From assembly GCA_001567115.1 (NCBI GenBank), contig LMZT01000038.1, positions 9,530 to 73,529 on the forward strand: 64,000 nucleotides of DNA, given 5' to 3'. The notes below the pieces were generated by a model. It did not search any database. It was not told the origin of the DNA and saw only the letters and a program-made list of their open reading frames with translations. Source of the stretch: Candidatus Hinthialibacteria bacterium OLB16 (GTDB taxonomy: Bacteria; Hinthialibacterota; Hinthialibacteria; OLB16). A program made the position numbers and the translations under genes. Shown piece after piece: positions 50,097 through 60,800 of this stretch; within the stretch, counting starts at the first letter, position 1; each line of letters opens with the position of its first letter.

Positions 50097-50864
50097 TTGA
50101 TAGAATCTTGCCGGTTTTTTGTCGATGTCATGACAGGTTCAATCTCACGCAAAATATCTCTCCAGGGCACGGGTACATTCTCGTCTGGTACCGATAACGA
50201 AATACGGCGGATTCGCCTGATCCACGAAGCCCACTCTCCCTCTCAGGCCGATATCTGGCTGGTGGAATGGCAGGGCAGGGAATGTGTGCTGCGGGATTAC
50301 TCGAAACCCCGGCATTTCTATTGGCGTTTCATCTGCCGCTGGGCGGTTCGGCGGGAAATCAAAGCCCACCAGCTGCTCGATGGAATCGATGGCATCCCCC
50401 GCCTCCTTAAGGTCATAAACCGGGACAGCTACCTCATCGAGTACATCCAGGGTTCTTCCCTCCATTTTAGAAAGCACCAGCCTGCCGCCGAGTTCTTCGA
50501 TAAGCTGGGATGGATTGTTGGCCAGATGCACTCCCATCAGGTGGCTCATGGAGATTTCCGCAACAAGAACATCCTGGTCGGGCCGGATGATTCCCCTTAT
50601 GTGATCGATTTCACAACAGCCTGGTGGGGAACCACCTGGTGGCGAAAACCGCTCTTTCGGTTTTTCTGCCGGCTCGATGACCGTCGCCTGGCTGTTTCCC
50701 GGGCGCATTTCCTTCCCGAGCAGTTTACAGAGGAAGAGCTGGATCGGATTGCCACTGGCCCATTTTACATCCGTATCGGCAAGTTCTACCGGAAGAAAAT
50801 TTACCCGCTGTTTGCTCCTTCAGCGAGCAAAAAAGCCCAGAAAAGAGCCAACCGTAATCGGTAG
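50097..50864 (+). CDS. Small atypical protein-kinase-like protein (lipopolysaccharide kinase Kdo/WaaP family or RIO-like).
   Basis: 255 aa. Catalytic-loop-like HGDFRNKNILV and DFG-like VIDFTTAWW. No other domains. Confidence 0.45.
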   Translation: MIESCRFFVDVMTGSISRKISLQGTGTFSSGTDNEIRRIRLIHEAHSPSQADIWLVEWQGRECVLRDYSKPRHFYWRFICRWAVRREIKAHQLLDGIDGIPRLLKVINRDSYLIEYIQGSSLHFRKHQPAAEFFDKLGWIVGQMHSHQVAHGDFRNKNILVGPDDSPYVIDFTTAWWGTTWWRKPLFRFFCRLDDRRLAVSRAHFLPEQFTEEELDRIATGPFYIRIGKFYRKKIYPLFAPSASKKAQKRANRNR

Positions 50865-50957
50865 TTTTTTTCGGGCGAAGCAAATTCACTCCAATGTTTC
50901 CATTTCCGGGATGTCCGTGGTAAATTAAGGACATCCTGGCAAGGAAATTTCTGCCCA

Positions 50958-52376
50958 ATGACGAACAGTCTCGCTGATCCATCCCTCGAAACCTCCAGCT
51001 CCTGGCTGGGGGGGCTCAAGAATCGTTTCTGGAATGAGCTGGAAGAGCCATCCGGATTTCTGAGGATGCTGCGGCTGTCACGTCCTGTTGCTAATCAGAG
51101 CTGGCTCTGGAGTGACCGCCGCCTGTCGCACCGGCTGGCCTCCCTTGAAAAGCTGGCCTTCTGGAAATCTGAAGAATGGCGCCTCAACCCCGAAATCGAA
51201 TCCACCCGCAGGGAGTTTCTGACCGGCCTGCGTGAATCGATCGGCCCACGGCTGAAAAAGATCGAGAACCTGAATGAACGGCGCCGGATCAACCGGTTCC
51301 TGACACGGGTCGAAGCCAGGCTGGGTGTGGTGGATCCCTATTGCCGCCCCACTCGTGCGCGGGTTGAACTGACCGATGCCTGCAACCTGCGCTGCCCGAT
51401 GTGCCCTCAGTCTTTCTGGGAATGGGACCGCCGACATGCCGATGAATGGATCCTGGAACGGGCCAGAAGCCTGTACCCCTGGCTGACCCAGCTCGATTTC
51501 ACCAGTTTCGGCGAAACCCTGCTCTCTCCATTGTTTCGCAAGGCCCTGCGTGACTCGCCTTCCCATGCTCACACACTGCTGATCACCAATGGGCTGCTGG
51601 TCAATGACGATATGGCCGAGTTCATAGTCAGCAACAATCTCAGCGAACTGCATGTTTCGATCGATTCCGCATCCCCTGAAGCGTATCTTGCCATGCGTGG
51701 CGTGGATGGGTTCAAACGGGTCATCGAAAACTGCCGCAGGCTGGTCCGAGCCAAACTCAAAGCCGGCAAACAGGAACCTGTTCTGGTGTTCAACTTCACA
51801 CTCAACCGAAAAAACTTCGAGGAACTCGAACCCCTGATCCAGCTCGCGGCTGAAATTGGTTTTCAACGGGTTCATGCCAATTATCTGCTGGTCTGGCGGC
51901 CGGATTTGCGCGGGGATTCGATCTTCTGGATCCGTGAACAGACCTGCGAGCTGCTGGACCGTTGCGATGGCCTGGCGGCACGCTCCGGGATCGAATTCTT
52001 CCATCCTCCCAAACCCCTGGCGGAGCATGAAGGGCGAGAGCGTTTCGAACGGTTCTGTCCCGAAGCCTGGGAGTTCATCCATATCCGCGCGGTCGGGCGG
52101 ATCGCGGTGTGCTGCATGTCTGCAGATGAGTTCGAAGCACCCCCTGAAATGTCCTGGGAAGAGATCTGGGACTGTCCCGCCTACCAGAACTTCCGCCGAA
52201 TGGTCAATCTCCCGGGCGATGAAGCGCCCCCGTTGTGCCGGAACTGCCACTTCGGCCGTGACATCCAGCCCGGTGACCCGCGCTTCCACTTTTTCGAAGC
52301 GACCCTCGATGAACACCTCACCGGCCAGGCCAAAGATCCTTACCTTCGCAGCCAGGGCGAATGCCTGACCCTCTGA
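50958..52376 (+). CDS. Radical SAM enzyme with C-terminal SPASM/twitch-type Cys-rich domain and a ~130-aa N-terminal extension (peptide/protein-modifying maturase candidate).
   Basis: CNLRCPMC (CxxxCxxC) radical-SAM cluster motif after the N-terminal extension. C-terminal cysteines FCPEAW...AVCCMSADEF...WDCPAYQNF...PLCRNCHF. 3' end overlaps the next gene by 16 nt. Confidence 0.7.
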   Translation: MTNSLADPSLETSSSWLGGLKNRFWNELEEPSGFLRMLRLSRPVANQSWLWSDRRLSHRLASLEKLAFWKSEEWRLNPEIESTRREFLTGLRESIGPRLKKIENLNERRRINRFLTRVEARLGVVDPYCRPTRARVELTDACNLRCPMCPQSFWEWDRRHADEWILERARSLYPWLTQLDFTSFGETLLSPLFRKALRDSPSHAHTLLITNGLLVNDDMAEFIVSNNLSELHVSIDSASPEAYLAMRGVDGFKRVIENCRRLVRAKLKAGKQEPVLVFNFTLNRKNFEELEPLIQLAAEIGFQRVHANYLLVWRPDLRGDSIFWIREQTCELLDRCDGLAARSGIEFFHPPKPLAEHEGRERFERFCPEAWEFIHIRAVGRIAVCCMSADEFEAPPEMSWEEIWDCPAYQNFRRMVNLPGDEAPPLCRNCHFGRDIQPGDPRFHFFEATLDEHLTGQAKDPYLRSQGECLTL

Positions 52377-53421
52377 ATCTTCCTCTGATGAAAGGACACC
52401 AATCTGTGGCCCGTTATTTCCTTACCCTCATGGCGGTTTTCCTCCTGTTTCTTCAGGGGTGTACGACTGAACCTTCCAGCCCACCGCCGCCAGCCGGCCA
52501 GGAGCCGAAAACAGGTGGTTCGTCTTTATCGGATACCGCTTCCCAGGCGCCCAAGCCAGCACCTCCAGTCAAAAACCTTTACGATGAAAAAGCGGATGCC
52601 TCCAGACAGGTCGCCGATGCCCTTCACGAAGCCCGCCAGGACCATAAGCATGTCCTCATCCAGTGGGGTGGCAACTGGTGCCCCTGGTGCTTCAAACTCC
52701 ATGCAGTGCTCGAGTCGGATCGCAGCCTGCGGGGCCTTCTCCGCGCTGAATATGTCTATGTGCCCATCGAGAGCAAGAATGTGGATTTGGCGGCCTCCTA
52801 TAAGGCCCCGGTCAACAGTGTCCCCTTCCTGACTGTGCTCGATGCCGATAATAAAGTGCTGGCCAACCAGCCCACCGATCCTCTCGAGGATGGCGACCAT
52901 TATGATGCGGCCAAAGTCAAAGCCTTCCTCGAGCAGTGGAAGCCAGCCCCTCTCGATGCGGAGCAGCTGCTGGCGGCTGCACTCGGACAGGCACGCAAAG
53001 ACCAGCGCTCGATCCTGATTCACTTCGGCGCGCCTGGTGCATCTGGTGCAAGCGCTTCGATCGCTTTCTCAGCCGGGAGGATATCCAGCCGCTGATCTCT
53101 CCGGATTTCATCAACCTCAAAATCGATATCGAACGCATGGCTGGTGGAGAAAAGGTCTACCGGCAGGTTCGCAAACAGGGGCAGGGAATCCCCTGGTTTG
53201 CCATCCTCGATGCCAATGGTGAGGCTGTTTCCACCTCGGATGCTCCCGCTGGGAATATCGGATTCCCCATCAGCCCGGGTGGCATCGATCACTTCCTGGG
53301 AATGTTAGGTTCTTCGGCTCACCATCTCTCCAACGAGGGAAAAGGGAAAATCCAGGCGGCGCTTCAGGCGGAGGCAGATCAGGTTCTCACCTCCATGCGC
53401 ACCTCCGGAAGACCCAACTGA
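52361..53421 (+). CDS. Lipoprotein with two thioredoxin-like domains (WCPWC and WCIWC CxxC motifs; TlpA/DUF255-like thiol:disulfide oxidoreductase), interrupted by an apparent C2/C3 homopolymer indel near 53031-53036.
   Basis: Lipobox LFLQGC. Domain 1 HVLIQWGGNWCPWCFKLH. After the frame switch, domain 2 ILIHFGAP|WCIWCKRFDRF repeats the same pattern. The two ORF-track pieces 52361-53095 and 52936-53421 join once one C is added. Confidence 0.65.
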
Positions 53422-53477
53422 GCGACCCTGGCCCGAGGGGGAGCTCGACCCCGGTCTGTCTTCCCTGTTACGGCTGA

Positions 53478-54113
53478 TCAGGCTGGAACCAGCTCCTGCC
53501 TGGCCCGCTGGATGAACAAGCGCATCAGATCGGCATCCTTGATGCCCGGCCTGGTTTCCACCCCGCTGGCCACATCCACTCCGCTGGGCGAAAGCCGTAT
53601 GATCGCATCGGCCACTGTCTCCGGGTTAAGCCCCCCCGACAAAATCCAGGGGGCTGGCGGAGTCCAATCCTCCAGGATCGACCAGTCAAAAGGCTTTCCG
53701 GTTCCGCCACGCTGGCGCGGGTCGAAAGCATCCAGCACCAGGGCATCACATGGATAATCTCCACAATCTTTGAGCGACTGCGCGCCTGAAACACGGATCG
53801 CCTTCCACACACGCAGCCCTTCATTGCGAAGATCCCCAGCAAATTCAGGCGGCTCCTGGCCATGCAGCTGAATCGTATCCAGCCGCAAGGCTTTGGTGAT
53901 CTCCATCACACCCTCAAAAGTTGGATCGACAAAAACTCCCACACGCAGTCCGAAAGGGGGAAGGTGATCGATCAGCTCCCGTGCTTTCTGCAGATCGATG
54001 TAACGGGGCGAACGGTCATAAAAGTTGAATCCCAGAGCATCAGCGCCGAGATTGAGCGCGGCGAGAGCATCCTCCCGGCGGGTGATTCCACAGATTTTGA
54101 CTCGCATGGACAT
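53478..54113 (-). CDS. trpF: Phosphoribosylanthranilate isomerase.
   Basis: MSMRVKICGITRREDALAALNLGADALGFNFYDRSPRYIDLQKAREL...GVFVD... typical TrpF TIM barrel. 211 aa. Confidence 0.85.
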   Translation of the reverse strand: MSMRVKICGITRREDALAALNLGADALGFNFYDRSPRYIDLQKARELIDHLPPFGLRVGVFVDPTFEGVMEITKALRLDTIQLHGQEPPEFAGDLRNEGLRVWKAIRVSGAQSLKDCGDYPCDALVLDAFDPRQRGGTGKPFDWSILEDWTPPAPWILSGGLNPETVADAIIRLSPSGVDVASGVETRPGIKDADLMRLFIQRARQELVPA

Positions 54114-54567
54114 CGCTTGATTCCTCCTGGTACCGCATCCACTTTCAGGTTAAAGCTGACATTCCATTTCTCAACCCTCTCGATGCACCCCACCGGGTTG
54201 AGAATTCATCCGGTCAAAAGTGTGAGCAGGGCATCCCCCCCTGTCAAGTGTTATAAAAGGTATGTCTTAGCAGTAAATGTGCCATCTATTGGGTTATGGC
54301 GCTAAAAAGGTTGATACCATCCCGGAAATTGACTGTAGAGGAAGCGGAAGTCAGTGTATTGTGGCTATTTATGACTGTAAGCCAATGAAATATACCCCTC
54401 GGTGAGAAAAGTCAGAAAAGTCGCTTTAGTCCAAGGCAGACTTGGCCGATAATTTATGGTTGAAATACTTTTTCAGTGTGAATTGGATGGGGAATTCTCG
54501 CGAATAAATGCAGTTAAATCAGGCTTTTTCTCAGCAAAAAAGATTTCAAAAAAGGGCGTCAAAGCTG

Positions 54568-54597
54568 TTGACAGACCTCTTTCGTCTAGGTTATATT
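54568..54597 (+). promoter_or_regulatory. Sigma70-like promoter (TTGACA, 18-nt spacer, TATATT) about 210 nt upstream of the giant adhesin start.
   Basis: Read directly in the AT-richer 590-nt intergenic region 54114-54804. Confidence 0.35.
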
Positions 54598-54804
54598 CTC
54601 AGTCAGCGTGCCCAATCTCTATCTGTGTTGAGCCCAACTTAGGGGGTATTCTCTCGACGGGGTCGAGGGATCTGATTTTGACGGTTTGCAAGGAGAGGTG
54701 CTGTGTCTGAAAGTTCATCCGCCGATTTATCAATCCCTGGACTATCACCAAAGTGTTTTAATGGTTTTTGCAGAATAGAAAATTTGAGTCAGAGGAGGAG
54801 TAAG

Positions 54805-57800
54805 ATGCAATCCATGCGATCTGCACTAATCGCCGGGATCCTGTTGCTTGCGATGGTCGTCGCTTTTGTCCCGGCCTCTCAGGCGGCAACCTACACCAGT
54901 CAGTTGTTCCTGACATCGGAGCCGGGTGGAAATGTGAGGATTCAATTCACTGCCACTGGTGTCGCACCGATGACAGCCAATATTTACCGGATCAACTCCG
55001 GCATTATGCCGCTTTTGGCTCAATTCAATGCGGGAACCCTGGTCGCCCCAAACATTCCAGTGACTTCCGGGGTGCCCAAGAACATCATCAACAGCCCCAA
55101 TGAGGCAACCAACCAGGGGAATGGTTTTCTTCCAGGAACAACCACTGTCAGCGGTGGCCAGTACTGGTACCTGATCCGGGTCTACGAGCCTGGGCCGGTG
55201 ACAACCAATTCGATTATCCGGGGTGCGGTGGCGGATGAGAATCCGACTGCCACCATCATTCCGGGTGGGCTGGTTGTGACCCCCTGCGGTCCGGGGCTGA
55301 ATGCCACATCCGTGGTCGAGTTCAGTTTCCCGAACCCGTTCGACGAGGTGGTCGATGCCGGCGCAAACATGGGGTTGAACCCGGGAGCGGTGAAGCAGTT
55401 CGCTTTTCCGAGCTCGGCCTACCATTTCCATTATCGCCTTTACCGGGTGGCCAAAGCGGTTCCCTTTAATGTGATCACTGACCCGGTCTGCGCCAATGAT
55501 ATCACCCCGGCCAGCCCGGCGAATGAAATTTACCCGTATAACCGCGGCGCCATCACAGTCCTTACCGACACCTCCGCCGCTCCTGGCACCGCTTATGCCT
55601 ATGGCCTTCGACTGATCGATACAGTCGGCAACCAGAATGGCGGTTTCCCACTCACTGCCAATCAAACCTTCCAGGCAATCAGCGCTCCGATCGATGCCAC
55701 TGTCACCGAAAAGCTGACACCCTGCAATGCCTATAACGAATTGACTTTCACTGTCGATGCATCCTCGATGCCCGGTGGTGTCTATCATGTATATGTCTCG
55801 ACAACAGGGCCAGTCAATTCGGGCAACCCCGGAACCGCCTTGACTCCTCCCGGCGGCCTTCCTGTTACCCAGGACTCGATTACTTACATCCATGATTCCA
55901 ATTCGGTCGTTCCCCGTGCGCTTGGGGTCACCTACTGGTATGCAGTCAGGCTGCAAATCCCCGGCCCGGTCGTTTCCTGTTATTCGAATTCTCCGAGTGT
56001 CTTCACCACTCTCTTCAATCCGGTTCCTGTGGTCACCATCGATCCGCCGACCTGCACAGTTGTCCATGGCCAGGTGACAGTCTCTGGAACCGCAACCGAT
56101 GCCACCTCGGAAATCATGGGTGTGACTGTCTGTGTCAACACCTCCACTGTTCCCGCCTGTGTGGTCGCTTCCGGAACCGGGACCTGGACCGCGGTTGTTC
56201 CTGTCGATCCAGCCCTTGCAGACAGTTCAGTTCTCTCTGTCACCGTTTCCGCCTTCAATGATTGCGGTCAGATCGGAACCGCTACCACCACTTTTTGTGT
56301 CGACAATGAGTGTGTCGGCCTGGTAACACCGATGGCCTTCTCGCCTTCCGGTGGAATCATTGGCCCGGGCGGTTTGAGCTTCAGTGGGCAGATTGCCGAT
56401 GATGATTTCTCGACACTCTGCGATGCCGGAATCAATGAAGTTGTCATTACCGCCACTGCTACAGGTGTTTCTTATTCTTATTCGCCGGTTGTCGCTCCTC
56501 AGACCGGAGTTTTTGTGTTTAGTGATAACCAGCTGTTCGGCCTGGCTGATGGCCAGACAACCGGCCTGGTTCTGAGCGCCACTGATGGCGCCTGCGAAAT
56601 TAACAATACCTGCAGTTTCCCGATTGGTTCCGTCACTGCCGACTTCTCCGCTCCGGTGTGCGCCATTATCGCCCCGGTTTCGGGCTCCCTCGGCACCGCC
56701 CATCTGATCAGTGTGACCGCCGAAGATATCGGCGCGGCAGGCATTGCCGATCTGTGTGTCATTATTTCTGGACCGGTTTCCTCGGTCACCTGTGTCGGAT
56801 CGGCAACCTCTTACACCTCGCTGTTCGCACCGGGCGTGGATGGAACCTATACCATCATCACCCAGGTGACAGATACTGTGGGCAACACCTCGACCTGCGG
56901 TCCGGTGGTGGTCACCATCGATGTGGCTCCACCAATCGTTGCAGTCACCAGCCCGCTTCCACCAAATATTGGCGTAAATGGCAGCTTCCTCCTCCAGGGA
57001 ACCGGACAGGACCTCGGTTCTGGAGTCTGTGAGGTCACTGTCGAATACACCACCTCATCCGGCACATCGTTTGTCGTGGCAACAGTGATTCCTCCCTGTG
57101 CGCTCAATGTCAACTGGTTCGTGACGATTCCGGTGGATCCCCTTCTCAATGATGACGATATCTTCGATGTGACTGTCACAGCGGAAGATGGATCCGGCAA
57201 TGTCGGTTCCACTACGGAATCTTATTTCGTTGATGACACCGCTTCCTGCCCAGTTCTGAATACACCGATTGCAGGCTCAACTGTTATTGTTGGACCTGGC
57301 GGGCTCCCGGTCGATTGGATGGGAAGCGATGATGATTTCCCCGGACCATTCGATACCGGGGTGAGCCAGGTATACGCTTCGGCAACAACTCCATCAGCTG
57401 TCCTGTTCTCTTCCGCACCACCCCAACTCGGTATGGCAAGTGGGACCAACACCTTCATGCCGGGGAGTGGGCCGGGAGCGCCGGGCCAGTTCTTCCTCGA
57501 TCTGGATGATGGTGAAACCGATGTCATCAATGTCTGCCTGGTCGATGGAGCGACAGCCACTCAGAATGTCTGCTGTGTCACCTTCGAGGTGATCATCGAC
57601 CTGACTGCGCCGGTTTGCCTCCTGACATCACCAGCCAATGGCACCTGCTTCAATTTCGCCAATACAATCCTCGGAGCCACAGATTTCGTGGTGACCGCGA
57701 CAGACACAGTGGCCGGCCTTGCTGAAATCGGCATTAATGTCAGTGATGCCAGTGGTGTCATTGCAACAGTGACCGCAACCGCTTCAGGCATCGTGGACAC

Positions 57801-60800
57801 AGCCATCCTCAACTACGGCATCGCGCTCCTGCCGGATGGAACCTACACAATCACCTCATCCGCCACCGATACCGTTGGCAATGTCGCGCAGTGCGGGTCG
57901 ATCGTCGTGACTGTGGATAATAACAGCCCGGTTGCCGCCATCCTCAACCCGCCACAGGCTGTGGTGAATGGCACCGTGGAGGTGAGTGGCTCTTCATCGA
58001 ATGCCACCTCACTTATGTTGTCCTATCCGGGTATTGGCGGTGGTCTGCTTTCCCCGCTGGATGCAACGACCACGGCTATGGTCCCTCCGACCGTAGTCTT
58101 CGACACCTCACTGCATGATATGAATTCCGAGGTGCTGGTTCCGTTCTCACTCGGATTCACTTTCCCGTTCTATGGCAATTGCTACGATTCCGCGTATATC
58201 TCTGCACGCGGTCTCCTCGAGTTCCAGAATCCCACATCACCAGGTGCAACACCGACTGTTCCCCTCGTCAACAGCATCACTCCCAAGGTGATGGGTCTGT
58301 GGTCGGCGATCGACGCTCCGGTGATCAGGGTGGTTCAGTCACCTACCGCCAGTATGATGACCGCTTCATCGTCGATTTCACCAATGTCCCTGATGAAACA
58401 GGTTCCGGCACCAACACGTTCTCGATCACACTTTACGAAACAGGTGCTGTGAGCTTCATTTATGCCGCGACTCCCGATGTGACTTATGATTACCCCAGCG
58501 CAGTCGGTATTTCCGGCGGCGTCAATGACCAGGATGTCACCGGTTTTGTTCCTGAAGCACTGGTCAGCAATGGTGTCGACCGTCCATCCATCAATCTGTC
58601 AGGGTTGACCGGCTTCCCGCTTCTTGCTGTTTCTGAATCGATGGCGGTGTACGAGATCTTTGAAGTCTCTTCGTTTGATCTCGGTACCGGTTACAGCGCC
58701 CAGGGAACCACCACCAGCATTCCGGTTCCAGTTGGACTTGGTGGTGCCTGGAGTGCGACAATTCCTGTGACAAGCCTGTTCCCGGTGGATGGAAGCGCTC
58801 AGGATGGAGATCCTTATAATATCTTCATTACACCCTTCGGCGGCTGCAATGGAAATTCTGTCGGTGATTGCTTCAACATGATCTATGTCATCGACCAGAC
58901 TGTCCCGCAGGTCGATTTCGTCAGCGCATCGGTTCCTGCCTATTCCTGTGTTTCGAACATCTTCGATGTGACCTACGAGGCCAATGATGCCCTCTTCCCA
59001 GGATGGCGGATTAACTCTGGGATCAATGCGGTCACCGCTGAGGTTTACCAGCTTGGTGCCTTTGTGGCCAATATTCCTGTGGTTGCAGTTCCGCCTTTGC
59101 CAACAGTGCCAAACAGTGGACCAGTTTCTCTCCTGATCAATGTGGATCCGAACAACATCCCAGGCCTCCAGCCAGGTTATTTCGGAATCGATGTGGTTGC
59201 GGAGGATACTGCCATTGATCTGCCCAACATTAATTCCTGGGCGGGCGGAGCTCCACCAGAAGTGTATTTCTATGACCCGTTGGGGCCTGTTTCTCAGCCG
59301 GTGTGCTCCAGGCTCTTCATTGCTGCTGTCACTGAAATCGCGGGTGCTTCCCAGACTTCGATCTATGAACTCGATCCGGATACCGGTGATTTGAGGCAGG
59401 AAATTGCCCTCCCGGCGATTATGTCTTCAACTCTCGGTTGTGCTTTAGGCTTCAATGGACAGAATCTGTACTATGCACCGACACGGGCTGCCAGCTCCGG
59501 TTCGGTTCTCTATTCCTTCGCAGCTGTTACAGGACCAGCCCCGGCAGTCGCTTCGGTGGTCCTGCCGGTCAGCCAGATTACCGGTATCGGTGCAGAAGAC
59601 GATCTTGTCTTTGTCAATGGACCTGTCGGCCAGAATTTCGTTTATGTTCTTGATGCGTCAACATTGATCCTCCAGGGGACCCAGACTGCATATAACGTAG
59701 CCCCTTGGACCGAAATTGCTGGTGCTGAGGTTGGATCCGGTATCTTCAACAGGACCTATGTTGCCAGATTGGCCGATCCTCCCGGGCCTGCAACGATGCT
59801 CGATATGTTCTACGAGACCTTCCCCGGTGGTCAGCTGTTCATGACCTTTGGAACACCAAACTTCCGAACCACAGGTCTTGGATTCAGTGGAACACGCCTC
59901 TTCCAGGGACGCCTGCCGGATAATGTCATCCGTGAGGTTGTCACCACCACACCCCATGCGGTCTACAATAGTGGTTTCCTGCTGAATTCATTCGGGGTTC
60001 CCAATGGAGCCACAGTGTGCGCAGTTGCTGCGGGTCCGATGATTGGCGAATGCACTCTCTGCCTGAATGATCTTCCAGCCAATCTTGCAACAGCGGTCAC
60101 CGATACCGCCGCCTGCGGAATCTCACAGGTCGACATTTATGCAATGCCATACGGCGCAACAGTGCCGTACCTGATCAATTCTGCAACCACATTGCCTGAT
60201 CTGGCGGTTCGTCCTTATGTACCGACTTCACCGTCAGCGGCTGTAGCCTATGGCCAGTTGACAGCGGCCTCGGCAGCCCAGTTCTTCCCGGCTGGCGAGG
60301 GTGAAATTCTCGTCTACTCCCAGGCCACGGATATTGCTGGGAATGTCGAATCACTCGGAGGCGCCCTCTCTCGCGGCATCACCTATCGTGTTGACTTCCG
60401 TGAGCCAAGAGTGGTCTATCTGGATACAGACCCCCATGCCACACGGGGCGATTATCCGAACAATGTCAATGTCACTCTGGCCATCGAGGATGTGGCTCTT
60501 GTGACATCCACTGTCTCCTTGACCGCCCAGTTCAGCACATTGGTTGGCAATGTCGATGTTGCCCTGCCGCTCGTTGTCAGTGGCACTGCGGTGAGTGGTC
60601 CGAACATTGTCACCACAACCTTCACGACCAGCTTCAATCCGGCTGGACTGGTGCTTTCGACAACTCAGTCGGCCTACATCGACTTCCTCATTGCTGCGAC
60701 TGACGAATGCCAGAATACAACCAGCACGGTTCTTATCGACCGCTTCATCGTCGACAATGCCACTCCTGAGGCCCAGCTGCCGGCTCCATCCTATCCGGCA

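Noticed and set aside
54826-56067. 413-aa minus-strand ORF and many shorter ORFs on both strands between 54826 and 63889
   Set aside because: They lie entirely inside the giant adhesin gene. High GC and repetitive codon usage produce long antisense open frames. Their translations are Arg/Gly/Asp-rich low complexity with no signal peptide or domain.
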